DNA of 54,612 nt, the filler included, from Sphacelaria rigidula (Eukaryota), in assembly GCA_964200075.2 (NCBI GenBank). It is 5 parts of 5 records of this genome, joined end to end, with 100 filler letters (N's around TTAATTAATTAA, not from the genome) between each part and the next. Parts side by side here need not be neighbours in the genome. Positions count along the whole stretch, not along the records: positions 21,887 to 32,729 come from CAXNAA020005817.1; positions 32,830 to 43,671 come from CAXNAA020005818.1; 3 more parts are not named here. One strand, 5' to 3'. The number at the start of each line of letters is the position of its first letter. Position 1 is the stretch's first letter. Made by a program: the position numbers and the translations under genes. Shown piece after piece: positions 23,773 to 36,100 of this stretch. The notes under the pieces are model-generated. The model worked only from the letters and a program-made list of their open reading frames with translations, ran no database searches and was not told the origin of the DNA.

Positions 23773-24124
23773 CTTTGTGAACAAGACGTTGGGGTGATGG
23801 ATGTTTCGGGTACCTTTTGCACCATGTCGATATCTATGGTACTGGCTACAGAGTGTAACACCCCCACCGCAAAAACAATGCTAAATGCCACTCACCCCCG
23901 GGTGATGGGCTTTAGGGATCCAAACACTCGTCACTGGGGGGTCGTACACACCGTCATCTACGGCATTGCACGCTGAAAGACAGGGGGTTGTATTTACAGA
24001 GTGGTGAAAAAAGACCCTAGCCGGGAAGACATGCCTAGAAAAATGCCGGAGCGACCGTTTTTAAACAGGCGCGCCTCACCCCCGGTTTTCGTGCCTATCC
24101 TTACCTAATCTTTCCAGGCACTCA

Positions 24125-24314
24125 CGCCGTGTCTTAGCAAAGTATTCTTGGATCGAAAAAGTGCGGTGGGGAAAAAAAATATCCGATCTGATAGGTCATC
24201 AGTTCAACATATATGACGTGGACAAAAATGACGACCTATCCTGACCCATCTTATTGGAGTCTTTCTTTTCCGCCGCTCTTTTTCTTTCGAAAAATAATTT
24301 TCGAAGGCACGGCC
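24125..24314. mobile_element. Degenerate copy of the 28116 MITE, TCA target duplication
   Basis: TCA|CGCCGTGTCTTAGC...GAAGGCACGGCC|TCA. Shares GATCGAAAAxGTGCGGTGG and TCCGATCTGATA with 28116-28304. Confidence 0.7.
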
Positions 24315-24453
24315 TCAGAAATCATGTCGCTAGTCGGCAAATCCCAACTTTAGGGGAAGGTGGATATTGCATGTAGAGGTTCTAGAGGCCGCAGCAGTCA
24401 GTCTTAAGTCCAACACGTTTCGAGATCGGCATTACGTGCTAATAGGCATATTG

Positions 24454-24807
24454 CCGGTTGGCCCGGTGGCCCAGTTGGTAACCCCGAAAACTTCTGACGG
24501 TTGGATCATGGGTTCGGATCTCGGCGAAGTCACACGATCTGGGGTTTTCTCTCACACCATGCGAAACAGTGTAGAGCGACAATGTCGTGGGTATACAATG
24601 TTCGACATGACGGTCGACGAGGGAAAGGGACTGCTGAACCCCTCTCGCGATAAAAATTAAGGCAAGCACCGCAGAAGGAGAGCAAGGTACTAAAACAAAA
24701 TGAAAAAAGAAGAAACTCCTGGGTTGGCCTTCCTCCCGTGTAACCCCGGCTGATGCGCCCACATATACCGAACGGTGTAGACTGGCGTCCAGAATAGATG
24801 GGACGAC

Positions 24808-24848
<41 letters not shown>
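24454..24848 (+). mobile_element. tRNA-derived SINE, full length, with a long (CA)n tail of about 20 units
   Basis: GGTGGCCCAGTTGGTA A box, GGGTTCGGATC B box, same body and tail as the 9842 copy. Confidence 0.82.
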
Positions 24849-24850
<2 letters not shown>

Positions 24851-24853
24851 GTA

Positions 24854-25135
24854 CCTGAAGTGCCTGAATGCGCCTGGAAAGTGTCTCACCCATTTAAGGC
24901 ATTTGCCGAAAGAAACACCCGAGGCGTGTATGAAACCATTTCAGCACCCCAAGGCAAATCCTCCACTTATTTCAAGTAGTTTTGTTTCGAGAGGTAAAGT
25001 GCCCCCTCCCAAAAAAAAAACTGAAACCTGATGAGTGCCCCCAAGAAATCGTATACAAATCTCGAGCAGCTTTATTTTCTAGGCGAATGCTTTTAAATAC
25101 GTAGGCACGTGTAAGGCACATTCGCACACTTCAGG
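24854..25135. mobile_element. MITE with imperfect TIRs of about 60 bp
   Basis: CCTGAAGTGCCTGAATGCGCCT... versus ...AGGCACATTCGCACACTTCAGG, flanked by TA / CA. Confidence 0.65.
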
Positions 25136-26136
25136 CAAATGTCTCGTAGGAGTCAGCGCAGACTAATTCCCGTTTGGGGATCACAGACATGCGCCAAATC
25201 TGTTTGCCAACCCTTCGATTATGAAAAGATTCGGGGACACATATTATTTTTCTGAAAAAGTGTTTTCCGCCACCACACCAATATACACCGAACGGACCGA
25301 CACGATTTACGGCATCATTTCGGTAATTAGGGTCCATATACCGGCCGTTTGCGCTTACCGACTGCAAGTTTGATCCATAGGTCATTATCAATCGGATGAT
25401 AACGGTGTACACCGATTTCAAGGGTATGAAGTGTGGTACAATTCAGCAGGGTACGGTATACAGTGGAGCACTGCAACTCGTCTTGACAGATGCCTGCGAT
25501 TTCGTCAGGATCAGGATCTGACGGGTCTGATGGCTCACGGCCCGACAACGTACAAAACAGTTGACTCTGTCGGTCCTCACACTCTGGAGCAGTCAAGTGC
25601 AAAATACGTGAAGTTTTTTCGCCATTTTCATTAGATAAACTTCGGTTAGGAAACCGTTTCGAGGTTCTTCTCACCGGTTGTCTTGAACCTCGTGCTGGAG
25701 ACGCATGTGCTGCGTCTTGGTGCGTTTGCAAAGTCAATCGACGTTCACTTTTGCGTTGGCTTTTGCGTCGCCGGTATATTTTTTTTACCGCCTGATGGAG
25801 TATGGAACTGTATCAAACAAAATCTGAATTAATCATATCCCGAATCGCGCATGTATTCATCGGTGCGGGCGGACGCTCAACCTTTGCCAAACAAAGCCTG
25901 ACTGCGATTTGTTGTGTGCTGTGTCGACGTGTAGTAACCCCCATGTGCTGGTCGAGTGATCTTACTTGCTTAATTGTTTCCGCCCCGTTTTTCCCACTGC
26001 CGAAAATATATGACGTGATTGCTACACGACTATTTCTCCAACAGTCAGGGCTTGATATGAAATGAAATGGAGCCAAATCGCAATTTCTTCTGCCTCCTTC
26101 GCCGCTTCCGGCGATGGCCCCCAACCAGCTGAGGAA

Positions 26137-26232
26137 GGTACTCATGATATTGCATGCCGTAGTCAAAATATCATTGACCTCGCATCCCTGCAAAGCCGGG
26201 ACGGAGCACGCCGGGCTTTTGCCGGACTAGGG
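26137..26232 (+). repeat. Terminal fragment of the same unclassified repeat
   Basis: GTACTCATGATATTGCATGCC...TTGACCTCGCATCCCTGCAAAGCCGGGACGGAGCAC. Confidence 0.7.
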
Positions 26233-26690
26233 AGGGGAGGGATTTTTTGGACTCGGGGGAAAGCTGTCGCCTGGCGCCTCAAGTGGCAATCACCGGAATC
26301 TGTGCGATGCACCGATACATCCGCTACGCCGATCTGCCGATACATACACATGAGATCGCAAAATCCTACCAATGCAAAACCATACCTACTGAAGGCCAAG
26401 GGCAGGGGACGATTGTGAAGTCATTTGACCACTTCGGAGGATGGAACTTTCTAGGAAATCTATGATTTTGAGATAACCCTAGCCCTTGCTCAGCCCCAAC
26501 CAAGGCATACGAGAAGCCTCGGGCAAGAGGGGTGCAGAGTGTTCTCTTGGCCAAGTGTGGCGTTGATTGACCTCAAATCGATGCCTGCGGTGCCGATTTA
26601 GACAAAAACGCATTCTGCGCACGGTATTATACTAGGAGCACTGGGGACTTCCAGCCCCACTAAATTTACGAATGTCGGTGCTCAGAGTGG

Positions 26691-27054
26691 CCAATCTCCC
26701 CCGTGGCTCAGTTGGTAACCTCGAATCCTTCTGACGGTTGGGTGGTGGGTTTGAATCTCGGTGAAGTCTCACGATCTGGTTCACACAACACCCAACAGTG
26801 GAGGGCGACCACGTCGTGGGTACACAACTTCGACTTCACGGTCGACGAGGGAAAGGGTCTGCCGAACCCCTCTCGCAATAAAAAATAAGGTAAGCACCGC
26901 AGAAGGAAGGCGGGGTAAAGAAACAAGATAGAAAAAAAGAAGAAACTCCTGTAGTAGTCTTCCTCCTGTGTGACCCCGGCTGATGCACCCACATAGACCG
27001 AAAGGTGTAGAAAAGGCGTCCACAATAGATGGGATGACAACACAACGACCACAC
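26691..27054 (+). mobile_element. tRNA-derived SINE, full length
   Basis: GTGGCTCAGTTGGTA A box, GGGTTTGAATC B box, tail AATAGATGGGATGACAACAC. Confidence 0.8.
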
Positions 27055-27911
27055 TCAGATCAAAGATATGCCGCGAATGTTCTCTTTTACCAAGTGGTCA
27101 TATCTGGGGGTGATTATTGCATGAACGCGCCTCATGTTCGGCAAAAAATTGCAATCACGCCGGCATTTATCTAAACCGTTCACCATCGACAAAGGTCTTA
27201 TGTTGAATTACCACCAATTTTCCTCGAATATTCAATCCGCGACCTAGATGAAGTGTGCTCGCAGTTAACGGGTTAACTTAATCTCGCCAGGATCCAAGCT
27301 GGACGCTAAAACCCCGCGTTTTCAGTAAGATTTCGACGAAAACCCGGGTTCCGTTCAGGAACGGAAAAATGGGAAAGGCGTCGAGACGAAGCGAGTGCTT
27401 TTTTCCGTCTGAAAAAATGGCAGAACGGGGCAGGATGGACTGAGCCATACCGTCCCGTCCCGACGAGGACCTCGTTTAGATTCATCCCGTGAAACGCTCA
27501 GGGTGTTTGGAAAATATTCAACCGCGCCAAGGACAACGTGAAAAAATGACACCCGTTATCATCAGTGACACCATGATGGCTACGGTCGACACCCATGCTC
27601 TCTCGAGACTGGGGAGACTGCTCCAGTGTGTCGATACGCTTTAAGAAAAAAGCGATCTAATCGTTGCCGTGCATGGGGACTTGTGGGTTGCGATGATGGG
27701 GGCAGTTGCGCAGCGGCCTGAAGACATCATATAATTATTCGTGCAGGCCGATTGAATTTCTCGACTAAACATCTATTTGTGATTGTTGCGGAAAGAGAAT
27801 GCCCTCTGCATCCCTGGAAGGCGTGGTCTGGGACGCTCAGGCCCATTTCATTATCGACACTGTTTTTTCGCAGATCTCCGAAAGTTTCGGGCTTTCCGGA
27901 CTCTGGCCTCA

Positions 27912-28106
27912 GGCCGTGTCTCATCAAGTCGTTTACGTGTCGAAAACGTGCGGTCGAATCGAATTCGCTCGCTTCTGATTCGTCCACGCTATTTTTTCTC
28001 TCAGAGGGATGAGAACATGAATGCCGTGGACGTACAGTATCAGGTACGAGCGAATTCGATTCCACCGCACGTGTTTGAGTCGAAAACTATTTGATAAGAC
28101 ACTGCC
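27912..28106. mobile_element. Foldback MITE with related TIR, TCA target duplication
   Basis: TCA|GGCCGTGTCTCATCAA...TTGATAAGACACTGCC|TCA. Internal arms GAATCGAATTCGCTCG / CGAGCGAATTCGATTC. Confidence 0.75.
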
Positions 28107-28115
28107 TCAGACTTA

Positions 28116-28304
28116 GGGCGTGTCTTCGTACATTTTTTTTCGATCGAAAATGTGCGGTGGAAAAGTAAAACTCCGATCTGATAAGTCGTTATTTCAACCA
28201 TCGTAGTTTGTTTCGAAGATGGTTGAAATCACGACCAATTAGATCGGGATTTTAGTTTTCCACCACACTCTTTCGATCGAAATATGATGTACTAAGACAC
28301 GGCC
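28116..28304. mobile_element. Foldback MITE, PIF/Harbinger (Tourist)-like, TTA target duplication
   Basis: TTA|GGGCGTGTCTTCGTACA...TGTACTAAGACACGGCC|TTA. Nearly the whole 189 bp is an imperfect palindrome. Confidence 0.8.
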
Positions 28305-28576
28305 TTATCCGAAAGTGAAGCGGCTTAATTTTTTTCTCTCCGAAGTTTCATTTGAACATTACGGACCGCAATGCAGCACTCCGGAGAGCTTCCCCGTGTG
28401 TACGCTGTGGTGCTCGCAAGCGTTCGAGAGTCATCAAGAACCTTGCCAATGACCCTCCGGGCCTTGTTGCGAGAGTAAAAAGCGCCGTGGCTTGGCGGTG
28501 TCCATCGTATTACACGGTGTGTGCGTCGACAACGGTGGTCGAGCTGTTGGGGTCAAGTACTAACAACTAACAACGT

Positions 28577-28858
28577 TTTCGTGAGATTGAGAGTATAGCG
28601 CTGATTAAGAGAGTGGCTTTGGTACTTCGCTTTTCGCCAATTTTTCTTTCCGTTTGCGCTTTTCTTTGCCTCTAGCACTAGCGTGTGCTTACAGCTGCCC
28701 GTCGATATCCTACTCAGGGATATCAAAAGCCTCGGTGGCAAGCTACTATGGAAAGCATATCGGGCCTCGTGACGGGGCACTTCCGAACTGGAACGACTTT
28801 TCCCCCAATTGACCGCTTTTCATCTTTGAACGTATCCTCTACTCTCAATCTCACGAAA
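28577..28858. mobile_element. MITE-like element with a 19-bp perfect inverted repeat
   Basis: TTTCGTGAGATTGAGAGTA (28577) versus TACTCTCAATCTCACGAAA (ends 28858). Confidence 0.5.
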
Positions 28859-29940
28859 CATGGTTTACTGTGGTCGCTGTGCGCCGACATGCATACGGCC
28901 AAAGTGAAGAGTAGGAGCAATCCAGTAGCGACCTCTTTGCCTGCCGTGCTGCTACGAGTGTACGCTACCGCGCCCTCCGCTGTATTGTCTGTAGCTGGTG
29001 GTGTGGTGGGTGTATCTGAGCACACAACTGGCGGAAAGCAAGTAGGCGGAGAATTTCGCTCTGAGCTCCCGAACGCCTCTTGCTTTGTTCGACAGCGACC
29101 TAATCACGCCCCCTATGACCTCAGGAACAGCAGATATCCAAGAGGGAGAGAGGCGTGAGCGATTATAGAAAAACAACATACAGCAGTCTGCGCAGATACA
29201 ACAGCAGAGTACAGCACCATGACACACGTCGTCGCACGTGGCAACACACCGTGCGGCTTAGACCAAGGGTGTATGTACATTATGATGAGGCTTCTCGCCG
29301 AACAGTCCTTTCATCCATCTCCTTTTTGCGCATTTCAACAATCGGTACGAGTTATGTTCGTGTATGCTGCTGCTGCATTCCGGGCAGGCCGGTCGATCAC
29401 GCCCTCGCTTTTCAGACTGCTCCTCCGTTCCACAGAGAGATTGCGGGAAACATGTTAACCTTAGTTTTGAACACCACACGTGTGCAGGTAACATTACCCT
29501 GTACTTCATTTTCCTGGCGAAGGCGAGCCAACGACGATATCAGCAGCGTCCGTGATGAGATATCGAATAGCAACGACCAAACTCGATAACTATGGGCCGT
29601 TCGTTTGCAGATCTCCAAAATTTCAGGACTTGTCCAAAAAAGCATTTTTTCGATAACAATGAGGGGATCACGGCAACTTCAGATTTGGAGCGACGCAGAT
29701 CTTTACGTGCAGCTATCGCGGGCTTCCGGCGGGAATCTCCCTCTTCGCATAAATCGAAGCATACCAACGGTGTAGCAGCCGAGACTTGTGCCTGACGTTA
29801 GCTGGTACCGCAAGTTTCCTCGTGTCGCTTGGGAAGTGCTGGGCTGAACTGATTCAACTGTTTTACTCGTGATACCATAGATTGTCTTCCCCCTGCCCAA
29901 AACCCCCAGCACAGCGAACGAACCCATCCCAACCCATGCA

Positions 29941-30080
29941 CATCCTAAACTCATCCAACAATAAAACATTATCCCAATCCATCAACCCAAACGTACAGTA
30001 CGTTATACATTGGTTCAAGTAGGTGATATGTTTGGGTGGATAGATTGGGATGGCTTTTGGTTATTGGATCGGTTGGGATG
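29941..30080. repeat. Imperfect inverted repeat, arms of about 55 bp
   Basis: ATCCCAATCCATCAACCCAAAC versus GTTTGGGTGGATAGATTGGGAT. Confidence 0.6.
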
Positions 30081-30101
30081 TGGATTGCATTCTTCCAATT
30101 G

Positions 30102-30158
<57 letters not shown>
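30102..30158. repeat. (TGT)19 microsatellite
   Basis: Read directly. Confidence 0.97.
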
Positions 30159-31904
30159 CGCCGTCGTTGTGCAACGTTGAAGGGAGCTGGTTCGCCGCGG
30201 TTCAGTCAGTACCACAGATGCGCGAAGACAATGCACGAGAGTTTGTACAGCAGTATGGTAAAAAATCGGCGAAATGACATCTTTTCGAACAGAACATTTG
30301 TTTCGAAGTCCTCCAGACATTGCAATTGCAGTAGGAGGAGGGGGAGGAAAAATCTCACCGTTGTGCCCACATGTGACGATTCTGGTGAGTCTACCGAAGG
30401 CCCGGTCGCAGACATTATATGTGATCAGTGACCAGGAACGATTGAAACAGAGCTCGAGTAGAGGCAAATTCTGGCGGACTGATCACTGTTGGCAACTTCA
30501 ATATTTCAATATTTCTTGACGGATGATCACGGCAAGAATTTACATTGTGTGCATGCGCAAGATGCGGTAGATTTTTGTGCTCGAACCACAGACAGAATTG
30601 TTCCGAGATTCAGGTGGAGCTTAACGCATGCGGATACTGCTGCGCCGCCACTTGAGCTGCGGCAGCGAGGTCCGTATGTTGGGGGTATGCGGAGCTTGCG
30701 GCACGCGATGTCCCTTCTGCACTGAACCGGCTTGTACTGTACGTATACCTCTTGCTGCCTGTACGTCCAAAGTGTACGTGCTGGAATAAGTGTATCCAGT
30801 GCTGGTCAGTACCGCACCCGAACGATGCACATGTGGGAAGAACCACAACGATGATGACACCGGTACAGAACCCATCAACAGTAACCTAACCTGATGCCGT
30901 CCCTCTTTTACAGTACAGTACAGACACTGCAGTGCATACAATCTAGCGCAGCACAGACGGAAATGCTATACGATGTCGATGGAAGCACACGTCATCGTAC
31001 TGTAATGTAGTCGGTGCTGAAACCTGTGACCCTTGTTGCAGAACGATGTACAGTGCTGTTGTAACTGCCAATGGTGCGGGACATTTTGCACAACGGACTT
31101 GTGCGACATGTTGCATACTCTTGGATTGGCAGAACGACCACACAGCAAGCGCATCCTATCAACCACAGACTGCATAGCGGCTGCTCCTTACGCACAGCTC
31201 GAGAACGTAAAACGCAGTCGGCTCAACCCCCCAAACTACACTTTCAGGTAACGAAATTCGGCACTCCGAGGTACATTTGTAGCTTGCTTCACGACCTATG
31301 CTCTCGAAAACTGCAGCGTCCACGGCGCCACAATCGGTGCCATCAGAAGACTCTCGAAGCTCTTTATTGATAATAATGGAAATATCCTGTACCTACATTG
31401 TCACGACTCTCGAGATCATCAAGGTTGAGAAACTCATCAATTTGAGGGTGTAGGGGTGTTATACCCCGTCATCTACGGTAGCGAACATAACACTTACCCA
31501 TTGACACCAAGATCCCGACACCGACACGCGGCTGGCTTGGATCTCCTTGTGATGCCAACGAAACAGTACCTCTCCACTGCCACAGCAATTGTCCAAGCTT
31601 TCTGTTTCCATGTCCGATACTCTTCTGCACAGGTCAAGTCTATCGTGTGCGCACGTAGAGCTGATTTCAGTGTCCGTTTCAAGTCCGTCACCTCCCTGTC
31701 GCAGTTTCGGATCGTGAGGTATACAGGTACGTACCCTGAAATTTAGTGAGGGTATCCCGAATTCCTTGTTCCGTTTCGTACTGTACTGCACGGTATAATT
31801 TTTGTCAACATTTCGAAGATAGTCAGGACAGAGCACTGTACGGGCGCGGGCAATTTGGGATGCCGATCTCGACATAGTCAGGAATTCTCCGTGCTTTTTT
31901 GTTT

Positions 31905-32195
31905 TCGGCAGGGGATACTCCAGGTACTCATGGGATACCAAGTATATCAAGTAGTCGACTTCGGGAGTGGTCTGGAATATTATGATGGATGATACTCGAC
32001 AGTGGATACTCCGGCTATAAGACATTCGCAACACTTTCGGCGGGCTGTACTGCAGGTACTCCAGGGATAATGATACCCGGTATATATTCGGCAGTCGACA
32101 CTCCAGGTACTCTGGAATACTGAGTATATTCGGCGGGCGACACTCCAAGTATCGTTACACCTACTGTAGGACATTCGGCAGTTGATGCTCCAGCC
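31905..32195. repeat. Degenerate short-period repeat built on ATTCGGCAGTCGACACTCCAGGTACTC
   Basis: Variants at about 31907, 32036, 32086, 32128 and 32173. Confidence 0.55.
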
Positions 32196-32729
32196 ATGGT
32201 AGAACCACGACTTGAAGCATGTCGAGATTGGGTAGAAATCGGGCCGTTGAAAATTCGTATATTAAATCAGAACAAATTGAAGCCGCTGATTGGTCGAGGG
32301 GTCTTCCGCCCTTAGCTCCATCCTTACGGCTTCGAACGAAAATACGGTAACGTCAGGCGGGGTCTTATCAGAAGTGATTATCACTTTTCAAGAAATCCCT
32401 TTTGTAAAAAACGACGGATGATTGGTTGCTGCGATACCCCCCCCCCCCCCACCCGAAAAGTGCCAAAAAATCACTTTTGCAGAAGTGATTTTGTGACACC
32501 TCGAACGAGAACATGAAACATCCCGTTGACAGGGGCATAACCCATAACCGAAGTCTTCACAGACAAGTCAAGACAATCATACGTGAACCTGAGGATCGCA
32601 TTGCCCTCCCAACCCAAAACATAGCGCTCGTTCATTGCTGCTCATCAGCTGAGCACGCTGTGCGTGACCTTGCTCAAATCGGTAGGGAAATCAGTGAGAA
32701 ATGATGATTTGCGTGAGACGCACGCACAG

Positions 32730-32829
32730 NNNNNNNNNNNNNNNNNNNNNNNNNNNNNNNNNNNNNNNNNNNNTTAATTAATTAANNNNNNNNNNNNNNN
32801 NNNNNNNNNNNNNNNNNNNNNNNNNNNNN
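32730..32829. other. Artificial contig spacer
   Basis: N44-TTAATTAATTAA-N44. Confidence 0.98.
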
Positions 32830-33150
32830 CTTATGAGCCTCGTTTTTTGTGCAACCAAATACCCCCCCCCCCCTATCGTAGGATGACTCAGTAGCAGCAT
32901 ACCTACTTGATGTGTGACCGCAGTCTTTTGAGGGTTTGTTCTCTAACAAGCGCAAAAGCTCTGCTGTAAAAGGCGCGGGCCTTACACGTGTGTACATCGA
33001 ATATGCCTACATCACCACACAGTATTTCCGGCTTCAGACCCATCCTCTTCCCCCCTACAAAGACGCAGTCGTTTTCTCTTTCGATGAAAGGAATAAACCT
33101 TCTGAGTTTAGTCCATACTACTACCTTAGCTGACCCATCCACTTGGACAG

Positions 33151-36100
33151 GCGGGCTGACTCAAAGGCTGCGGACCCAGCTCAAGAGTCCACCGGTAGAA
33201 AGGCCGCCTCAGATTCTTTTCGATCTAGAGGAGGAAGCGGTATTGACAGCGATGCAGAAGGTGTTGAAGGCGCGAGAGGACGAGCTTCTCTCCGACGAAG
33301 ATCATCAGACGATGACGCCGCTGCGAAGCCTCCGAGGTGAGTGGTTTGAATACAGGGGGAGCTTGAAAGAATCGCACCAGTTGTTGCGATGTCTTATGCC
33401 CTACGATGTCCCTTTCACACGTCGGTGCCAGGGTAGAACGGGAGTTTGGCACGTGTGCACAGTCAGTTGGGCATCAGAAGCAATGTTATATAGGGGACGA
33501 AGAAAACGCACTCGCTTTCGTCGTCCAGGGATATTGGAATTCAACCACCTCCTGGCCCTCCCATTGTTGAATGACTAAGGCGGCGAACTGGCTCTCCTCC
33601 AATTTCCAGCACGAGAGCGGATATGGATCGCCGCGGAAACCTTGACTACAATGATAGGTGAGGGTTCTTCTGTTCATGGAAGTGTCAACAACTCTCCTTG
33701 TTTCTATGATGTGTGTGTCACTGCAGTGTCCGCGCATTTTTGTATTTCGTGCTATTTTGTGACAGCGTCGAACATTGTGATTTTCATTCGTGACCCATGG
33801 CTCTTTCAAGGTGTTACGTTCGTTGCCCAGCCAGTTTTACCGTTGTTGAACTGGTACGTCCACCTGCAGGGTTGGTGCTCAACCGGAAAGAGAAAGGGGT
33901 CGACTGTTCAAACAAAGCATCCGTTGTCCTCGAGCATGTTACGGGTAGGACTGTGAATATTTGTAACATCATTTCCCCACGCTACACGCTACATTAAGGT
34001 TGTCGGTCGTTTGAGATCTACGACGTTCACTCGGCCGAATGCGTCCGGTTTTTCTTGCGAACGTAGGCTACGCAACACGCATGGACAAGGTTGGAAAATA
34101 TAACTCCGTATCCATCCTTGAATTTATTGTCGATGTGGTACATCACCTACCTGCTGCCTGTAAAGGCTCAGATAGCTCACAATCAAACGCCATTTGTTTT
34201 TGTGTTCCTTACCAACAAGTACGTGAAAACCGAACACAATCGCAGATCTTCCGAAGCTTGCAAATTCCGTCTTGGTCAGAAGATAGAGGGACGTTATCGG
34301 GGAAAAGGCAGATGGTACAAGGGCCGCATCGTTGGCACCAACCCTGACGGTACCTACGACGTGCGATACGAGGACGGTGACGAGGACCTACGTCTGGAAA
34401 CATCCGCTCTGAAATCAGCGGACGATGAAAACACCTCTGAACCTCTCAATTCCCGCTACTCAGGCGGCGGCGGTCGCGTTGAGAGGGATGATGGCGGCGT
34501 GAGGGGAGTAAACAATAGTAGACGAGTGTCCCAAACCGTTCGGACCGGCGATGCGATCGAAGCTCGCTATAGGGGGGGCTCTAAGTGGTACGATGGTGTC
34601 GTGAAAAAAGCACATTCCGACGGAACGTTCGACATTAGGTACGTCGACGGGGATGAGGAAGGTGGGGTAGAAGCTCGCTTCGTGCGGTTGGCGGACGACG
34701 TTCATGATAAAACCGCTTCTGGTAATGCGGAGGCAAACGTGCATTCTCCGAGCAGGTCTCGGGGTCGCCGTGACCATGAAGGTGGCAACTATTGCGTCGG
34801 TGACAAAGTGGAAGCGAGATTCAACGGCCGAGCACGTTGGTTCAGCGCGACGGTGGAGCGAATTAACCACGACGGGACTTACCACCTTCTATACGTCGAT
34901 GGAGACGAGGAGCGGGCGGTTGGAAAAGACTTGATTCGCAGTAGGAACGGAAGCAGTACTAGTGCTACCGGTGCAGAGAGGGAAACGCGATCTGGCAGCC
35001 GTAGCCCCGGACGCAGGGTTATCTCGGGCGCCGGCGGGTCCGAATCAGATTTGTCGGTTGCACACACCACTTTTCGCGAAGGAGATAACGTCGAGGCAAG
35101 GTATAAGAGAGGGCGCAAGTGGTACCAGGGAGTTGTTCTAAAAATTGGTAGAGATGGGACGTGCGACATTCGTTACGATGACGGTGACATCGAGAACGCA
35201 GTCGATCCGGGACACGTACGGGCAGCTGGCGTCGGCAGCACCGAATCGTTAGCGTTGGCAGGGAGGGAACGCACGTCAAGGAGGACGGAGGAGAGTGACT
35301 ATGTTGATGGGGATAAGGTAGAAGCGAGGTTTGGGGGGAGATCTCGCTGGCTGAAGGCGACGGTTCAGCGAAAAAATCGGGACGGCACCTACCATCTCTT
35401 CTACGTAGATGGTGAAGAAGAAAGAGCGGTAGAAAAGGCGTTGATTCGAAGGGTTTCAGGAGTCAAACCGGAAGAACGAACAGGCTTGGACACCAGTAAT
35501 AAGAAGCATCGTGTCGGCGACGATATCGAGGCGAGATACAAACGAGGACGCAAGTGGTACCCAGGGGCCATTCGGACGGTCAATCGTGATGGTACTTATG
35601 ACATCCGATATAGTGATGGAGACACGGAGCGTGACGTCGAATCGGCTTTGGTGCGTAGTAAGGGGTCCACCACTCTTGATTATTTGGATTCAGGGGGCAG
35701 AGACGCAGCGAGAGTGAAGACCGGGTTCGACATTGGCGACAATGTCGAAGCAAGGTTCGGCGGTCGATCGCGCTGGTTCAAAGCTACCGTAGAGCGGGTG
35801 AATCGAGACGGGACTTATCACTTGTTGTATGTCGACGGGGACGAAGAGCGAGCGGTAGAGAAGGATTTGATCCGAAACGTGAGCGACGGCGGACCCGTCA
35901 GAAGTCCCACCGGTAGAACACGTGACGGCATGGCGGAGTCAGATTTAGATCGAAAGTATCGCGTCGGAGACGACATCGAGGCTAGGTACAGAAGGGGAAA
36001 AAAATGGTACCCCGGCGTGATTCGAGCGGTGAATCGGAACGGTACCTACAACGTTAGATACAAAGATGGCGACGAAGAAAGTGATGTAGAATCCTCATTC

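Noticed and set aside
30015-30467. Poly-Thr/Cys/Leu ORFs
   Set aside because: Products of the (TGT)19 microsatellite.
32353-32500. A further Harbinger-like MITE (TCA|GGCGGGGTCTTATCAG..)
   Set aside because: Only the left TIR is clear; the right end and target duplication are not definable.
32988-33578. 196-aa ORF as a gene
   Set aside because: The overlapping R/S/G/D-rich frame has the splice sites and phase that join the Tudor exon; this frame does not.
34091-34245. N-terminal 52 aa of the 2017-aa ORF as a real start
   Set aside because: It begins at TTG, not ATG, and lies upstream of a CAG acceptor whose phase matches the donor at 33337. It is intron read-through.
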